Below, in pieces: positions 19,920 to 29,873 of a DNA stretch of 49,783 nt (positions are counted from its first letter, which is position 1; each line of letters starts with the position of its first letter). This DNA comes from Bacteroidales bacterium (GTDB lineage Bacteria; Bacteroidota; Bacteroidia; Bacteroidales; WCHB1-69): positions 1,642 to 51,424 of the forward strand of contig DAONEU010000002.1 of the NCBI GenBank assembly GCA_035403245.1. Reading direction: 5' to 3'. The notes beneath the pieces were generated by a model, which saw only the letters and a list, made by a program, of their open reading frames with translations, searched no databases and was not told the DNA's origin. The translations under genes and the position numbers were made by a program.

Positions 19920-20092
19920 AATCTATTTGTTTTTAATTAAAGGAACTCTTTAGTTGAAGGTTAGGCACAAGTTCCAATAATGCCATTGAGGTTGCAAATT
20001 TATAACTTTTTTATACAAAAACAAAATAAAAGTATAAAATTTCTGATATTTTTTTAAAATCAAAGAACTTTTTATAATTCATTCCTTTTATG

Positions 20093-20100
20093 TAAATTTG
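20093..20100 (+). promoter_or_regulatory. -7 box TAAATTTG
   Basis: Matches TAnnTTTG, 24 nt upstream of the ATG at 20124. Confidence 0.5.
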
Positions 20101-20123
20101 CTTGTTTTTAAAAATATTAAAAT

Positions 20124-22442
20124 ATGTTGAGAAAAATAGTCTTGTTTATTTTGTTAAGTATTTCTTTTAGTGCATTTTGCCAATCGAGGACCGATTCAAT
20201 TCATATTGCTCATTATGATATTCATTTGAACATTTCAAATCTATCTCAACATCAAATTAATGGTTATACTATTTTATCTCTTGTTCCTAAAATTTCAGGA
20301 ATAACAACTTTTAATCTGGATTTACAAGGACTTTCAGTGGACTCTGTTCACAAAAACAATATTTCAGTGCCATTTGTTTACAGTTCACCTCAAATTATGA
20401 TTTCAACTCCAACACTAACACCTTTTGATACACAATATGTTAAAGTGTATTATCATGGGAATCCGATCGCTGATCCTTATTGGGGTGGTTTTTATTTTTC
20501 AGGATCTTATGCGTACAATATGGGCGTAGGAATGCAAAGTATTCCTCCTTCCTTTGGTAGATGCTGGTTTCCTTGTATAGATGACTTTAACGACAAAGCA
20601 ACTTATGATCTATTCATAGAAACTGATTCAGATAAAATGGCTGTTTGCGGTGGTTTACTTACCAACACAGAAACACTAACTTCCGGAAATAAAATTTGGT
20701 CTTGGAGTTTAACGGATCCAATTCCTACTTATTTGGCATCAGTTGCAGTTGGACCTTATCAAGTTTATGCAGATACCGTTCATTCTGGAACTCAAATTAT
20801 TCCCGTTGAAATCTACGGAAATGCTACCCAAATGAATTTAATTCCCGGTTCATTTCAAAATCTAAAAAAGGTAGTTCATGGTTTTATGGATCAATTTGGC
20901 CCTTATAGATGGCAAAAAGTGGGATACGTTTTAGTCCCATTTAATGGAGGCGCTATGGAACATGCGACAAATATCGGATATCCAAGTGGATCCGTAAATG
21001 GAACAACAACTGATCAATCCCTTTTTATTCACGAATTAGCCCATTCCTGGTTTGGAAATCTACTGACATGTACGGAGCCATCTACCATGTGGATCAATGA
21101 AGGATTTGCAAGATATGCTGAAATTGTTGCAGATGAATTTCTGGATACAACAGGGGTTACAGCTAAGGTTAATTTTAGAAATCTTCATCGCAGTGTTTTG
21201 AAAAATGCCCATGTTGACGATGGGGGCTACTATGCTTTAGATAATGTTCCTCAATCTGTTACTTATGGGACAACAACTTACGATAAAGGGGGAATTGTAG
21301 TTCATTCTTTAAGAAGTTATTTAGGTGATTCATTGTTTTTTAATGGTTTTAAAACGCTTTTTAATCAAAACCTTTATGGAAATATCAATTCAGAACAACT
21401 GATGAGCAAGCTTTCTCAAATTACCCATATCGATTTGACCGGTTTTTATAATGGATGGATTCATCAACCCGGATTTTTACATTTTTCTGTTGATTCAATA
21501 ATTCCAATGAATCAACAAGATGGCTACATATTATCAATGAAACAAAAACTATTTCATGCTATCAATTTTGCTGATGATAATAAAGTAGATGTGGCATTTT
21601 ATTCCAATTCAGGAGATTATAAACTAATTGAAAATGTGACATTTTCTGGAGAATCTGCTTATGTTCAGGTTTCTATTCCATTTCAACCCGATTTCTGGAT
21701 TGTTGATCCTAACGAAAAATTGGCAGATGCGGTGATTGATTACGCTGTATCTGTTCCGCCGGTTAGTTTAATGAATTGTAATGATGCGTATTTTAAAATA
21801 AAATCGATCGTTTCTTCAGATACTTCAAGAGTCAGGGTTGAATATAATTTAGCATCTCCAGATCCGCTCAGAACTCAAAATCCGAATGTTTATAGAATTT
21901 CAAATCATCATTATTGGAAAATTGAGTTTTTAGAAAATCATATTACATCCGGAGAGTTTCATTTCAGGTATTCATCCAATGGGACCAATTCTCCTGATGC
22001 GGAATTGTTACAAGGGTATACTAAAGAAGATTTAATTATTTTATATCGAAGAAATGCCAATCAGGATTGGCAAATTGTTCCCTCAACAGTGACAGGGAAT
22101 TCATACAACGGAACTTTAATAGTAAATCAAATTTTACCTGGGGAATATTTAGTAGCAGTTGGAAACGATCAATTAGGAATGGAAGATTCCAATTTTGAAA
22201 AGAAAATTGAGATTTATCCTAACCCAGCTACGAACACATTGTTTTATACTATTTACTATCAAATTTCTGAAGATACTTTTCTGGAAATTTATGATCAAAA
22301 TTCAAAGTTGATTTATGAAACATCTATTCTAACAAATGTAGGACAGAGGGATATTTCATCGTTAAGTCCCGGAGTTTATGTTGTTGTATTTAAACAAAAA
22401 AATCAAAAAATAGAAACTTCAAAATTGACGATAATGAACTAA
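20124..22442 (+). CDS. Secreted M1-family zinc aminopeptidase with a type A T9SS C-terminal domain
   Basis: HELAH-X18-E (nt 21030-21044 encode HELAH), GAMEH (a GAMEN variant), signal peptide, and a C-terminal IYPNPATN...GVYVV sorting domain. Confidence 0.9.
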   Translation: MLRKIVLFILLSISFSAFCQSRTDSIHIAHYDIHLNISNLSQHQINGYTILSLVPKISGITTFNLDLQGLSVDSVHKNNISVPFVYSSPQIMISTPTLTPFDTQYVKVYYHGNPIADPYWGGFYFSGSYAYNMGVGMQSIPPSFGRCWFPCIDDFNDKATYDLFIETDSDKMAVCGGLLTNTETLTSGNKIWSWSLTDPIPTYLASVAVGPYQVYADTVHSGTQIIPVEIYGNATQMNLIPGSFQNLKKVVHGFMDQFGPYRWQKVGYVLVPFNGGAMEHATNIGYPSGSVNGTTTDQSLFIHELAHSWFGNLLTCTEPSTMWINEGFARYAEIVADEFLDTTGVTAKVNFRNLHRSVLKNAHVDDGGYYALDNVPQSVTYGTTTYDKGGIVVHSLRSYLGDSLFFNGFKTLFNQNLYGNINSEQLMSKLSQITHIDLTGFYNGWIHQPGFLHFSVDSIIPMNQQDGYILSMKQKLFHAINFADDNKVDVAFYSNSGDYKLIENVTFSGESAYVQVSIPFQPDFWIVDPNEKLADAVIDYAVSVPPVSLMNCNDAYFKIKSIVSSDTSRVRVEYNLASPDPLRTQNPNVYRISNHHYWKIEFLENHITSGEFHFRYSSNGTNSPDAELLQGYTKEDLIILYRRNANQDWQIVPSTVTGNSYNGTLIVNQILPGEYLVAVGNDQLGMEDSNFEKKIEIYPNPATNTLFYTIYYQISEDTFLEIYDQNSKLIYETSILTNVGQRDISSLSPGVYVVVFKQKNQKIETSKLTIMN

Positions 22443-22444
22443 TA

Positions 22445-22490
22445 GGTTCAGGGTTCAGGGTTCAAGGTTCAAGGTTCAAGGTTCAGGTTA
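22445..22490. repeat. Tandem heptamer array (GGTTCAR) x 6.5
   Basis: Read directly: ggttcag ggttcag ggttcaa ggttcaa ggttcaa ggttcag gtta. It starts 3 nt after the peptidase stop codon. Confidence 0.95.
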
Positions 22491-22511
22491 TCAATAATTT
22501 GTGCTGTAACT

Positions 22512-22581
22512 CTTTTACTTTTTACTTTTTACTTTTTACTTTTTACTTTTTACTTTTTACTTGTTACCTCTTACTTGTTAC
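22512..22581. repeat. Tandem heptamer array (TTTTTAC-derived) x 10
   Basis: The AC dinucleotide recurs every 7 nt from 22517 to 22581. The last three units degenerate to ttgttac/ctcttac. Confidence 0.95.
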
Positions 22582-22590
22582 CTCAAATAT

Positions 22591-22636
22591 CTCTTATCTC
22601 TTCACTCTTCACTCTTCACTCTTCACTCTTCACTCC
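22591..22636. repeat. Tandem heptamer array (CTCTTCA) x 6.5
   Basis: ctcttat followed by 5 x ctcttca and then ctcc. It ends exactly at the stop codon (22637-22639) of the convergent gene. Confidence 0.95.
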
Positions 22637-23335
22637 TTAGTTCCAGTCCCAGCACAATCCTAGAATATCCTTCCATGGTACAGAGGCCATTTCAGCTATG
22701 GTTGGATTGCAGATTTCCCCTAGATAGCAGTAGATACTTTCCATGAATTCAGGATTCAATTGAATGGTTTGACGAATATTTCGATCATAAGTAAATGACA
22801 TCACAATGGATGAGGTGATTACCCCAATTGCGATAGTTTTTGCCGAATTGGAGAATGTGTTTTCTAAAATTCCTTGCAAAAGAAATGACCCACATTTATC
22901 CTGAATGTAGTTTAAAGCTAAAGCAGTGGTTTTTTTGTTATACATTAAAACGGCAATTTCATTGGTAATTGATTGATCCGTTATATTTGATAGTAATATT
23001 TGATTATTTTTTAAATGGTTGAGTTCATTAAAAGTGAAAGGTTCATATTTTAATATCATATTGGATAGTTGAAAAATAGTTTCAATATCATCAATAAGTT
23101 CGGCACCCCTTTCAGAATATTCAATATCTGTGATGCCATAAGAATTGCCAAATCCTCTTTGAATATAAATATGAACATTATTTTCAGACAAATAGTGAAT
23201 TTGTTCCAAAGATATGATTAGAGGAAGATTCTGATCTTCATTTTTGATAAAACCAACAGAGAAAGATTTCAATTGATCTTCAAAGTCAATCGATTGCAGT
23301 TTAGTTTGGTACATTTCATCAAAAGTAGTTGTCAT
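22637..23335 (-). CDS. Hypothetical protein
   Basis: Long ORF in an operon-like position downstream of tsaE. No motif recognised. The track start at 23347 is TTG; ATG at 23335 is preferred. Confidence 0.5.
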   Translation of the reverse strand: MTTTFDEMYQTKLQSIDFEDQLKSFSVGFIKNEDQNLPLIISLEQIHYLSENNVHIYIQRGFGNSYGITDIEYSERGAELIDDIETIFQLSNMILKYEPFTFNELNHLKNNQILLSNITDQSITNEIAVLMYNKKTTALALNYIQDKCGSFLLQGILENTFSNSAKTIAIGVITSSIVMSFTYDRNIRQTIQLNPEFMESIYCYLGEICNPTIAEMASVPWKDILGLCWDWN

Positions 23336-23352
23336 ACTTTGGCTCAAATATT

Positions 23353-23775
23353 TTAATCTATAATATTACAAATCACTTCTCTTTCGGTTTCCGAAACTTT
23401 AAGAATCTCAACTTTTACAAATGATTGGTGCATTAAATGCTCAATTTTCTCAGTCCATTCCATAAAGCAATACTGGTCACTATCCAGATAATCACGGAAT
23501 CCAATTCCATAAACTTCTTCATCAGAATTAATTCTGTAAAAATCAAAATGATAAACAGGATCTCCGTTTTTCCTCCAATATTCGTTGATTATTGCAAAAG
23601 TAGGACTTGAAGTGACATTTTCAATTTCCAAGATTTTGCATAGTTCTTTTATTAATGTAGTTTTACCGGCTCCCATTTCTCCATAAAATCCAAAAATGCG
23701 ATTGTACGAAAACTCTTTCAAGATCTTTTGTGCAGTTTCCTGTAAATTGTCTAAAGTTGTTATATATACGCTCAT
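23353..23775 (-). CDS. tsaE: tRNA t6A37 threonylcarbamoyltransferase complex ATPase TsaE
   Basis: GEMGAGKTT P-loop, SPTF, YHFDFYR motifs. The track start is TTG; the ATG at 23775 removes the overlap with the upstream gene. Confidence 0.85.
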   Translation of the reverse strand: MSVYITTLDNLQETAQKILKEFSYNRIFGFYGEMGAGKTTLIKELCKILEIENVTSSPTFAIINEYWRKNGDPVYHFDFYRINSDEEVYGIGFRDYLDSDQYCFMEWTEKIEHLMHQSFVKVEILKVSETEREVICNIID

Positions 23776-23776
23776 G

Positions 23777-24613
23777 TTAGAACTTGTCAATTAATTCATT
23801 TAATGGGGATTTTATTATTTTGTTGATGGTCATATGGTTATTTTTAGCAGATTGATTTAAAATATCTGCAAAATAGTAACCTACAGAACCTGAAATATTC
23901 CAGGAAATCTCTTCCTTTTTGTAGTAGTTCTTTTGATGAACAAAGAACTGATTAAAAGATTCAAATACCAAAGAATAAATTTCATTATGTTCAATATTTT
24001 TTATTAAAAAAGGAGGAATGGAAGATAGAAATTTTTGAGGTTGATTTTCTTTATACAATTTTGGGATAACCATTTCACGCGAGAGGTTGAAAAAAGTTTC
24101 AAATTCAGTAGCAACGGGTTTTGAAATTTCCTCTTTTAAGTAAGCTGTTAAAAAGATTTTTCCTAAATGGGAGCCACTCCCTTCATCACCCAAAATATAC
24201 CCAAGGGATGGCGCTTTATCAATAATCTCTATTCCATCATAATAACAACTAGCAGCTCCTGTTCCTAAAATACCTACATATCCCGGTTGATCATCTATAA
24301 GTGCATGACAAACAGCTAATAAATCTGAATATACTGCAATTTGTGTGTCTGGAAATAATCTTATTAATATTTGGTGAATTCGATCTGCGTTGATTTTATT
24401 CAAACAGCCTGCGCCATAATATCGAATTTCATTAATATCTATATAATCAATATGTTGTAGTTGATTTACGAATTTTATAAATTGATTTTTAATAAAATCA
24501 TCATCGACATAATTGACATTAATTCCATCACTCTGGAACTTATGAATATCATTATTCTGAGTTTTAAGAAAAAAATCAGTTTTAGTAGCTCCGCTGTCAA
24601 TTAAAAGTTTCAT
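23777..24613 (-). CDS. BadF/BadG/BcrA/BcrD-type ATPase (N-acetylglucosamine kinase-like)
   Basis: LIDSGATKTD, GILGTGA and GDEGSG, the ASKHA-fold phosphate motifs. Confidence 0.7.
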   Translation of the reverse strand: MKLLIDSGATKTDFFLKTQNNDIHKFQSDGINVNYVDDDFIKNQFIKFVNQLQHIDYIDINEIRYYGAGCLNKINADRIHQILIRLFPDTQIAVYSDLLAVCHALIDDQPGYVGILGTGAASCYYDGIEIIDKAPSLGYILGDEGSGSHLGKIFLTAYLKEEISKPVATEFETFFNLSREMVIPKLYKENQPQKFLSSIPPFLIKNIEHNEIYSLVFESFNQFFVHQKNYYKKEEISWNISGSVGYYFADILNQSAKNNHMTINKIIKSPLNELIDKF

Positions 24614-24619
24614 GATAGA

Positions 24620-25450
24620 TTATGAGATGATGGATTGTCTTAAAATTCCGGTTGGATTTTCCCTTTTATATTGAGAATTTTTAAATTTTTGAATAATAGG
24701 ATGGGTTTCAAAACCGGTATCTCCTTTAAAATAAGATGCGAAAATTTGATCCCCTTCGTAGTAATTTGAAACGCCCAACTGATCACAGTCACTATTACTG
24801 ATTCCTAATCCATCAACTGGAGTTGCATGAATACAAGATTCAAGTGCTTTGTATTGGAATTCGTTACAAGAAGAAAGTAAAAATTTTGACATATTGAATA
24901 CTTCTGTTTTCCAAAGATTTTGGATAGGACCATAATCACCAACATCGCCATGTAGAGTCCAAAATCCGGTTAGATATTCAGTATAATTATCTGTGGAAAC
25001 CACCAACCCTTTATTTAATTGGGCTAAATCATACAGAACGATCATTCTCATACGTGCTTTCATATTTCCTTGACGTAGTTTTGAAAGCATGGAATCATCA
25101 AACTGGATGAGCAATTTTTTATTCACATAAAAAATATCAGTTAAATCAAGATGCTCAAAATCGTGACAAAAGTGTTTTCCTACTTCTATTGATCTCTCAA
25201 TTTCATCATGTTTATTAGTTTCAATAGTGATAGATCTGCCAATTAAAGGAATTTGAAGTTGATCACAAATGGGGCGAAGTAAAGCAGCACACAAAGCGCT
25301 ATCGATACCTCCGGAAATTCCCAAAACCAATGATTTTAAATGATGATCAATGATGTATTTACGTGTGTTTTCTTGAATAGAAACTACTGCTTTCTCTATA
25401 TCAGAGGTTGAGTTTAAAAATGGAAAGTATGAATTATCAGGCGTTTTCAT
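24620..25450 (-). CDS. nadE: NH3-dependent NAD+ synthetase
   Basis: The PP-loop GISGGIDSA and a length of about 275 aa. Confidence 0.85.
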   Translation of the reverse strand: MKTPDNSYFPFLNSTSDIEKAVVSIQENTRKYIIDHHLKSLVLGISGGIDSALCAALLRPICDQLQIPLIGRSITIETNKHDEIERSIEVGKHFCHDFEHLDLTDIFYVNKKLLIQFDDSMLSKLRQGNMKARMRMIVLYDLAQLNKGLVVSTDNYTEYLTGFWTLHGDVGDYGPIQNLWKTEVFNMSKFLLSSCNEFQYKALESCIHATPVDGLGISNSDCDQLGVSNYYEGDQIFASYFKGDTGFETHPIIQKFKNSQYKRENPTGILRQSIIS

Positions 25451-25527
25451 ATTGTTTTAAAGTAAACGAATAACCTGCAAAGGTACAAAAAAATGGTAAA
25501 TGTAAAACCTTAATTAGTTTTTTTTTG

Positions 25528-25535
25528 TATCTTTG
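25528..25535 (+). promoter_or_regulatory. -7 box TATCTTTG
   Basis: Matches TAnnTTTG, preceded by a T-run, 18 nt upstream of the dapD ATG. Confidence 0.5.
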
Positions 25536-25552
25536 CGAGTTAAACTAAATGA

Positions 25553-26359
25553 ATGAAAGCGATTATTGATCAAACTTGGGAAGATAGAACTTTACTTCAA
25601 AAAGAAGAAGTAAAAGAGGCCATTAAAAAAGCGATTGATTTATTAGATAAAGGTGAAATTCGAGTTGCTGAAAAAATTGATAATCAGTGGATTGTCAATG
25701 AATGGGTCAAAAAAGCTGTGTTGTTATTTTTTTCAATTTCAGACAATAAAACAATAAAATCTGGTCCTTTTGAATTTTACGATAAAATACCTCTAAAAAG
25801 TAATTTTGAGGAACTTAAAGTTAGAGTTGTCCCTCAAGCGATTGCAAGGTATGGTTCCTATATTGCCCCAAATGTAGTTTTAATGCCCTCTTATGTCAAT
25901 ATTGGAGCTTATGTGGATTCAGGTACAATGGTTGACACATGGGCAACGGTTGGATCGTGTGCACAAATTGGAAAGAATGTCCATTTAAGCGGTGGTGTTG
26001 GTATTGGTGGCGTTTTAGAACCGCTTCAGGCATCTCCTGTTATTATCGAAGATAACTGTTTTATTGGTTCAAGAGCAATAATTGTTGAAGGGGTGCATGT
26101 AAAAGCTGGAGCAGTAATCGGTGCCAATGTAGTTTTAACAAAATCATCCAAAATAATTGATGTAACCGGGACAGAAGCGGTAGAGTGGGAGGGAGTCATC
26201 CCTGAAAATTCTATCGTAATTCCAGGAACAAGACCAAAAAAGTTTCCAGCCGGGGAGTTTCAGGTGGCTTGTGCGTTAATTATTGGAAAAAGAAATAGTA
26301 AAACAGATTTGAAAACATCCCTAAATGAAGTTCTTAGATATTTTAGTATACAAGTTTGA
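25553..26359 (+). CDS. dapD: 2,3,4,5-tetrahydropyridine-2,6-dicarboxylate N-succinyltransferase
   Basis: Left-handed beta-helix hexapeptide repeats ([11 protein letters not shown]..., [11 protein letters not shown]...) and the typical N-terminal domain. Confidence 0.85.
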   Translation: MKAIIDQTWEDRTLLQKEEVKEAIKKAIDLLDKGEIRVAEKIDNQWIVNEWVKKAVLLFFSISDNKTIKSGPFEFYDKIPLKSNFEELKVRVVPQAIARYGSYIAPNVVLMPSYVNIGAYVDSGTMVDTWATVGSCAQIGKNVHLSGGVGIGGVLEPLQASPVIIEDNCFIGSRAIIVEGVHVKAGAVIGANVVLTKSSKIIDVTGTEAVEWEGVIPENSIVIPGTRPKKFPAGEFQVACALIIGKRNSKTDLKTSLNEVLRYFSIQV

Positions 26360-26439
26360 TTTTTTGAGGAACAAAAATTGGAGTTTTTGCGTCTATATAA
26401 AAGTTAATGAAATTATTTTTAAATTAATTTATAAATCTT

Positions 26440-26883
26440 ATGAAAAAACTGTTCATCGTAATTACAAGTTTGTTTTTGATGAGTATTTCATATGCTCAGA
26501 CCAACACAAACGTCCCTGACCAAAGATTGATTGATGCTTATGGTCAAGAAACCGTTGATTTTTACATCAACAATGCCCCTGACCGGATTAGTTATTTTAA
26601 CTTTTTATTAAATCATTCCTATCAAATTGTGGAAATGCCTGAGGTTAAAATGGATGAATTGAGTGAAATGCCCGTAATGAAATTGAAAGAAAAATTTTTA
26701 ACTGAACCTGAAGATTATTCAGAAAAAGGGCTTGAAAATTTGAATATTTTAAAATATAATTTTAAAATTGATGAACTAAATGGTGCAATTTATAGACTTG
26801 GAAATACAACTAAACTAATAGTCTTTTATTCTGGAAAAGAGCTTATAAAGATGTATAATGAAACTATTCAAAAAACAAAATAA
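26440..26883 (+). CDS. Small secreted hypothetical protein
   Basis: Signal peptide MKKLFIVITSLFLMSISYAQ. Its stop codon lies 7 nt before the next gene's ATG. Confidence 0.6.
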   Translation: MKKLFIVITSLFLMSISYAQTNTNVPDQRLIDAYGQETVDFYINNAPDRISYFNFLLNHSYQIVEMPEVKMDELSEMPVMKLKEKFLTEPEDYSEKGLENLNILKYNFKIDELNGAIYRLGNTTKLIVFYSGKELIKMYNETIQKTK

Positions 26884-26890
26884 ACGCAAA

Positions 26891-29719
26891 ATGAAAAAAG
26901 TAATTTTTATCATATTTTTTTTAGTAAGTTGTTCTTTATATGGACAACAAATCATTACTATGCCAAATGGGGCTGGTACCAGTTCACGGATAACATGTAA
27001 TGCTACTTTTTATGATGCAGGTGGAAATTCTGGCAATCATGGGGCAAATCAAAATTCAACTATCAAATTTACACCATCAGCAACAGGCACTGCAATTAAA
27101 ATAGTTTTCACCTCTTTTGTAGTTGCCCCTGGAGCCACATTAACTTTGTATGATGGTCCAGATGACACGTATACGTTAATAAATGAATACAACGAATTTT
27201 TGTCACCTTCTGGCCTTCCGATAGTCGCAAGTCCATCTCCATCAAATCCCGATGGATCAATTTTTATAAAATTTGTTTCAGGAACACAAAATGAAATGGG
27301 TTGGAGTGCCGATATTACATGCAGCTCTCCGTGTCAAACTTTTAATATACAATTAGATCCAATGGTAACAACAAAACCTATCGTTGAAGATATCTATATG
27401 AATGTTTGTAAGGATAGTTGTATCACTTTTGGAGCCGAAGCTATCTTTCTTCAAAACAATATTAACTACAATCAAACCCAAGCAAATACTAAGTTTATTT
27501 GGAGAATGGGGTTTACTGAACCTGATACAATGCCTGTTATTACTCAATGCTTTGAACAAGTTCGTGGTTGGGAATATTTATTATATGCCGTTGATACAAT
27601 GGGATGTTATTCTAATTCTACTTTTAAAGGAAGAATTAGAGTTTCAGGAAATCCAATTAAGGGAGGATATCCATACTTAACAGCATGTTCCAATTTGAAT
27701 TTTTTTGTAAATGCAGGTTATGATCCTATGTCTACTATAACTCTTGGATCAGTTGGTTCTGCCATCTCTGGAACACTTTCGCATGCGGATACTGTCTTCT
27801 TGCCTGATGGAAACAATAATAGCTATTATTCTGATATTGTTTTTGATATTTTTGATCCAGGTCAAACATTATCCAATATTAACCAATTGTTAGGTGTAAA
27901 ATTGAATATGGAACACACATTTCTTGGAGATATGTCCATTAGATTAACATGTCCTTCAGGAGTTACTGTTTTACTTAAAAGGAAAAATGATACTACACCA
28001 CCAGCGGTTCCAGGTGCAACTCCGGGTTTAGCATGTTCTGATTTAGGTAGTGGTACAAATCTAGGTTGTTCAGATGATTCTCCATCAGGTAATGCATGTT
28101 ATACAGCTCCGGGAATTGGATGGGATTATGAATTTAGGCCAGGTGCTACTAACTGTTTTGGATCTGGTGGACCGACTGTTGGATTTTCTTGGACAAGTCC
28201 ATGTAGTGGACCTTGGTCTGGTACTTCATTAACACCTAGTGTTCCAAATACTTATACAACATCTCCTACAACTCCCGTCTTTTTTGGTTCATTTCAGAAT
28301 TTAAGTGATTTGGTAGGGTGTCCATTAAATGGAGTATGGACTATTAACGTTACAGACCATTGGCAACTAGATAATGGTTACATTTTTAGCTGGTCATTAT
28401 CTCTTGACCAATCGATTATCCCAGGAGGATGGCAATACTCTGTAGGTGCTGATACTGTTATTTGGACCGGACCGGGAACAGTAACTCCAACCTCTGCATT
28501 GTCTGCATATATTTCATCTAATCAAATTGGCGTAAATACTTTTACCTCTACTGTAATTGATGAATATGGCTGTTCCTATGATACTACTTTTGATATTGAG
28601 ATTGTACAGTCCCCAATTCCTAATATCAATAATGGTACTGATACTGCCAAAATATGTGCAGGTGAAATCGTGATTCTAAATGCCAATTATGAAGATCCTA
28701 ATGCTGAATATTGGTGGAATACCGGAGCCAGCACCGATGAAATCATGGCGGTTATGGAAGGTATGTATTCAATTGAAATTACTGCAGAAGCTATTGGCTC
28801 TGAATTGATTTGTAAAGGGAAAGATTCCATTTATGTATCTATTAATCCTACTCCTAAACCAGAATTTGAAGTTGATAATTTACAAGGATGTGCCCCACTG
28901 AGTGTATCGTTTACCAACACAACAATACCGAATAATGTTCCACTATTCTATCAATGGAGAATCTATAATGTTTTGGGACAAGAAGTTTTTACATCTAGTT
29001 TGACAAATCCTGAGTTTTTCATTGAAGAACCCGGTAAATATCATGTTCAATTAATCGCAGTTACTGAAAACGGGTGTGCCGATTCCATTATGAAATGGAA
29101 TTTTATTGAAGTATTTCCACAACCGATAGCAGAGTTTTCGTTTACGCCTGAGATCTCATTGATGTCAGAAACGGGTGGGATAGTAACCTTTACCAATTAT
29201 TGCGATTCAGCTTATTTTGCTAATAATCCTGATGCAACCTGGTATTGGGATTTTGCAGATGGTACACAAGACTCTACACAATGGAATGCCATTCATACAT
29301 TTTCTACCTGGGGTGATTATGATGTAATGTTTTATATCACAACTGATTATGGCTGTAAAAGCAGTATTAAACATAGAGTCGTTATTGAACAAGATCTAGA
29401 ATTTCCTAATATCATAACACCAAATAAAGATGGATTAAATGATGTATTTGCAATTAAAAATTTGAATACAGATATCAACCCTGAAGACCCTGATGAATAT
29501 CGGACCAATTCACTACAAATCTATGATAGATGGGGTAAAAAAGTATATGAAGCAGAAAACTATGATACCTATATGAAAGAGGATCAACTATATGTTGGAG
29601 ATAAGGTGTTTACAGCTGATAAATTACAAGATGGACAATATTATTTCTCCTTCTATTATAAAGGAAAAGCGAAAACAGTCAAGTATAGCGGATCACTTCT
29701 CATTATTCGAGAAAATTAA
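26891..29719 (+). CDS. Large T9SS (type B CTD) surface protein: CUB-like domain + proprotein-convertase P-domain + PKD repeats
   Basis: Start taken at MKKVIFIIFF (signal peptide). The track start at 26858 overlaps the upstream gene. CUB-like CNATFYDAGG...LTLYDGP...GWSADITC. P-domain EHTFLGDMSIRLTCPSGVTVLLK ... CPLNGVWTINVTDHWQLDNGYIFSWSLSL. PKD CAPLSVSFTN. C-terminal FPNIITPNKDGLNDVF...YDRWGKKVY. Confidence 0.85.
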   Translation: MKKVIFIIFFLVSCSLYGQQIITMPNGAGTSSRITCNATFYDAGGNSGNHGANQNSTIKFTPSATGTAIKIVFTSFVVAPGATLTLYDGPDDTYTLINEYNEFLSPSGLPIVASPSPSNPDGSIFIKFVSGTQNEMGWSADITCSSPCQTFNIQLDPMVTTKPIVEDIYMNVCKDSCITFGAEAIFLQNNINYNQTQANTKFIWRMGFTEPDTMPVITQCFEQVRGWEYLLYAVDTMGCYSNSTFKGRIRVSGNPIKGGYPYLTACSNLNFFVNAGYDPMSTITLGSVGSAISGTLSHADTVFLPDGNNNSYYSDIVFDIFDPGQTLSNINQLLGVKLNMEHTFLGDMSIRLTCPSGVTVLLKRKNDTTPPAVPGATPGLACSDLGSGTNLGCSDDSPSGNACYTAPGIGWDYEFRPGATNCFGSGGPTVGFSWTSPCSGPWSGTSLTPSVPNTYTTSPTTPVFFGSFQNLSDLVGCPLNGVWTINVTDHWQLDNGYIFSWSLSLDQSIIPGGWQYSVGADTVIWTGPGTVTPTSALSAYISSNQIGVNTFTSTVIDEYGCSYDTTFDIEIVQSPIPNINNGTDTAKICAGEIVILNANYEDPNAEYWWNTGASTDEIMAVMEGMYSIEITAEAIGSELICKGKDSIYVSINPTPKPEFEVDNLQGCAPLSVSFTNTTIPNNVPLFYQWRIYNVLGQEVFTSSLTNPEFFIEEPGKYHVQLIAVTENGCADSIMKWNFIEVFPQPIAEFSFTPEISLMSETGGIVTFTNYCDSAYFANNPDATWYWDFADGTQDSTQWNAIHTFSTWGDYDVMFYITTDYGCKSSIKHRVVIEQDLEFPNIITPNKDGLNDVFAIKNLNTDINPEDPDEYRTNSLQIYDRWGKKVYEAENYDTYMKEDQLYVGDKVFTADKLQDGQYYFSFYYKGKAKTVKYSGSLLIIREN

Positions 29720-29733
29720 AAAATAAATTAAAA

Positions 29734-29767
29734 AAGGCAGTTTAATAAAATATTCTGCCTTTTTTTA
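29734..29767 (+). terminator. Candidate intrinsic terminator
   Basis: aaggcag ... ctgcctt hairpin followed by a T-run. The 14-nt loop is rather large. Confidence 0.5.
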
Positions 29768-29845
29768 ATAATAAATGTAAGAAAATGAGTATATTAATTA
29801 TTTTTTTCAATATGAATTTTTTGTAATTTATATTAAATAAATTTG

Positions 29846-29853
29846 TATTTTTG
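29846..29853 (+). promoter_or_regulatory. -7 box TATTTTTG
   Basis: Matches TAnnTTTG, 21 nt upstream of the ATG at 29874. Confidence 0.5.
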
Positions 29854-29873
29854 AGCGTCCTAAAAAGTTATTC

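Noticed and set aside
22445-22636. CRISPR array
   Set aside because: The repeats are 7 nt long and directly abutting with no spacers. No cas genes are in the window.
22637-23335. Calling the 232-236-aa protein downstream of tsaE a truncated alanine dehydrogenase / PNT-like protein
   Set aside because: The idea came from remembered gene-neighbourhood patterns in Flavobacteria, but I see no GxGxxG NAD-binding motif or other diagnostic sequence. I left it as hypothetical.
26325-26890. ORF 26325-26519, and the 26858 start of the large surface protein
   Set aside because: ORF 26325-26519 overlaps the dapD end and the better-supported signal-peptide ORF at 26440. The 26858 start would overlap the upstream gene and place a Lys-rich peptide before the obvious signal peptide that begins at the ATG at 26891.
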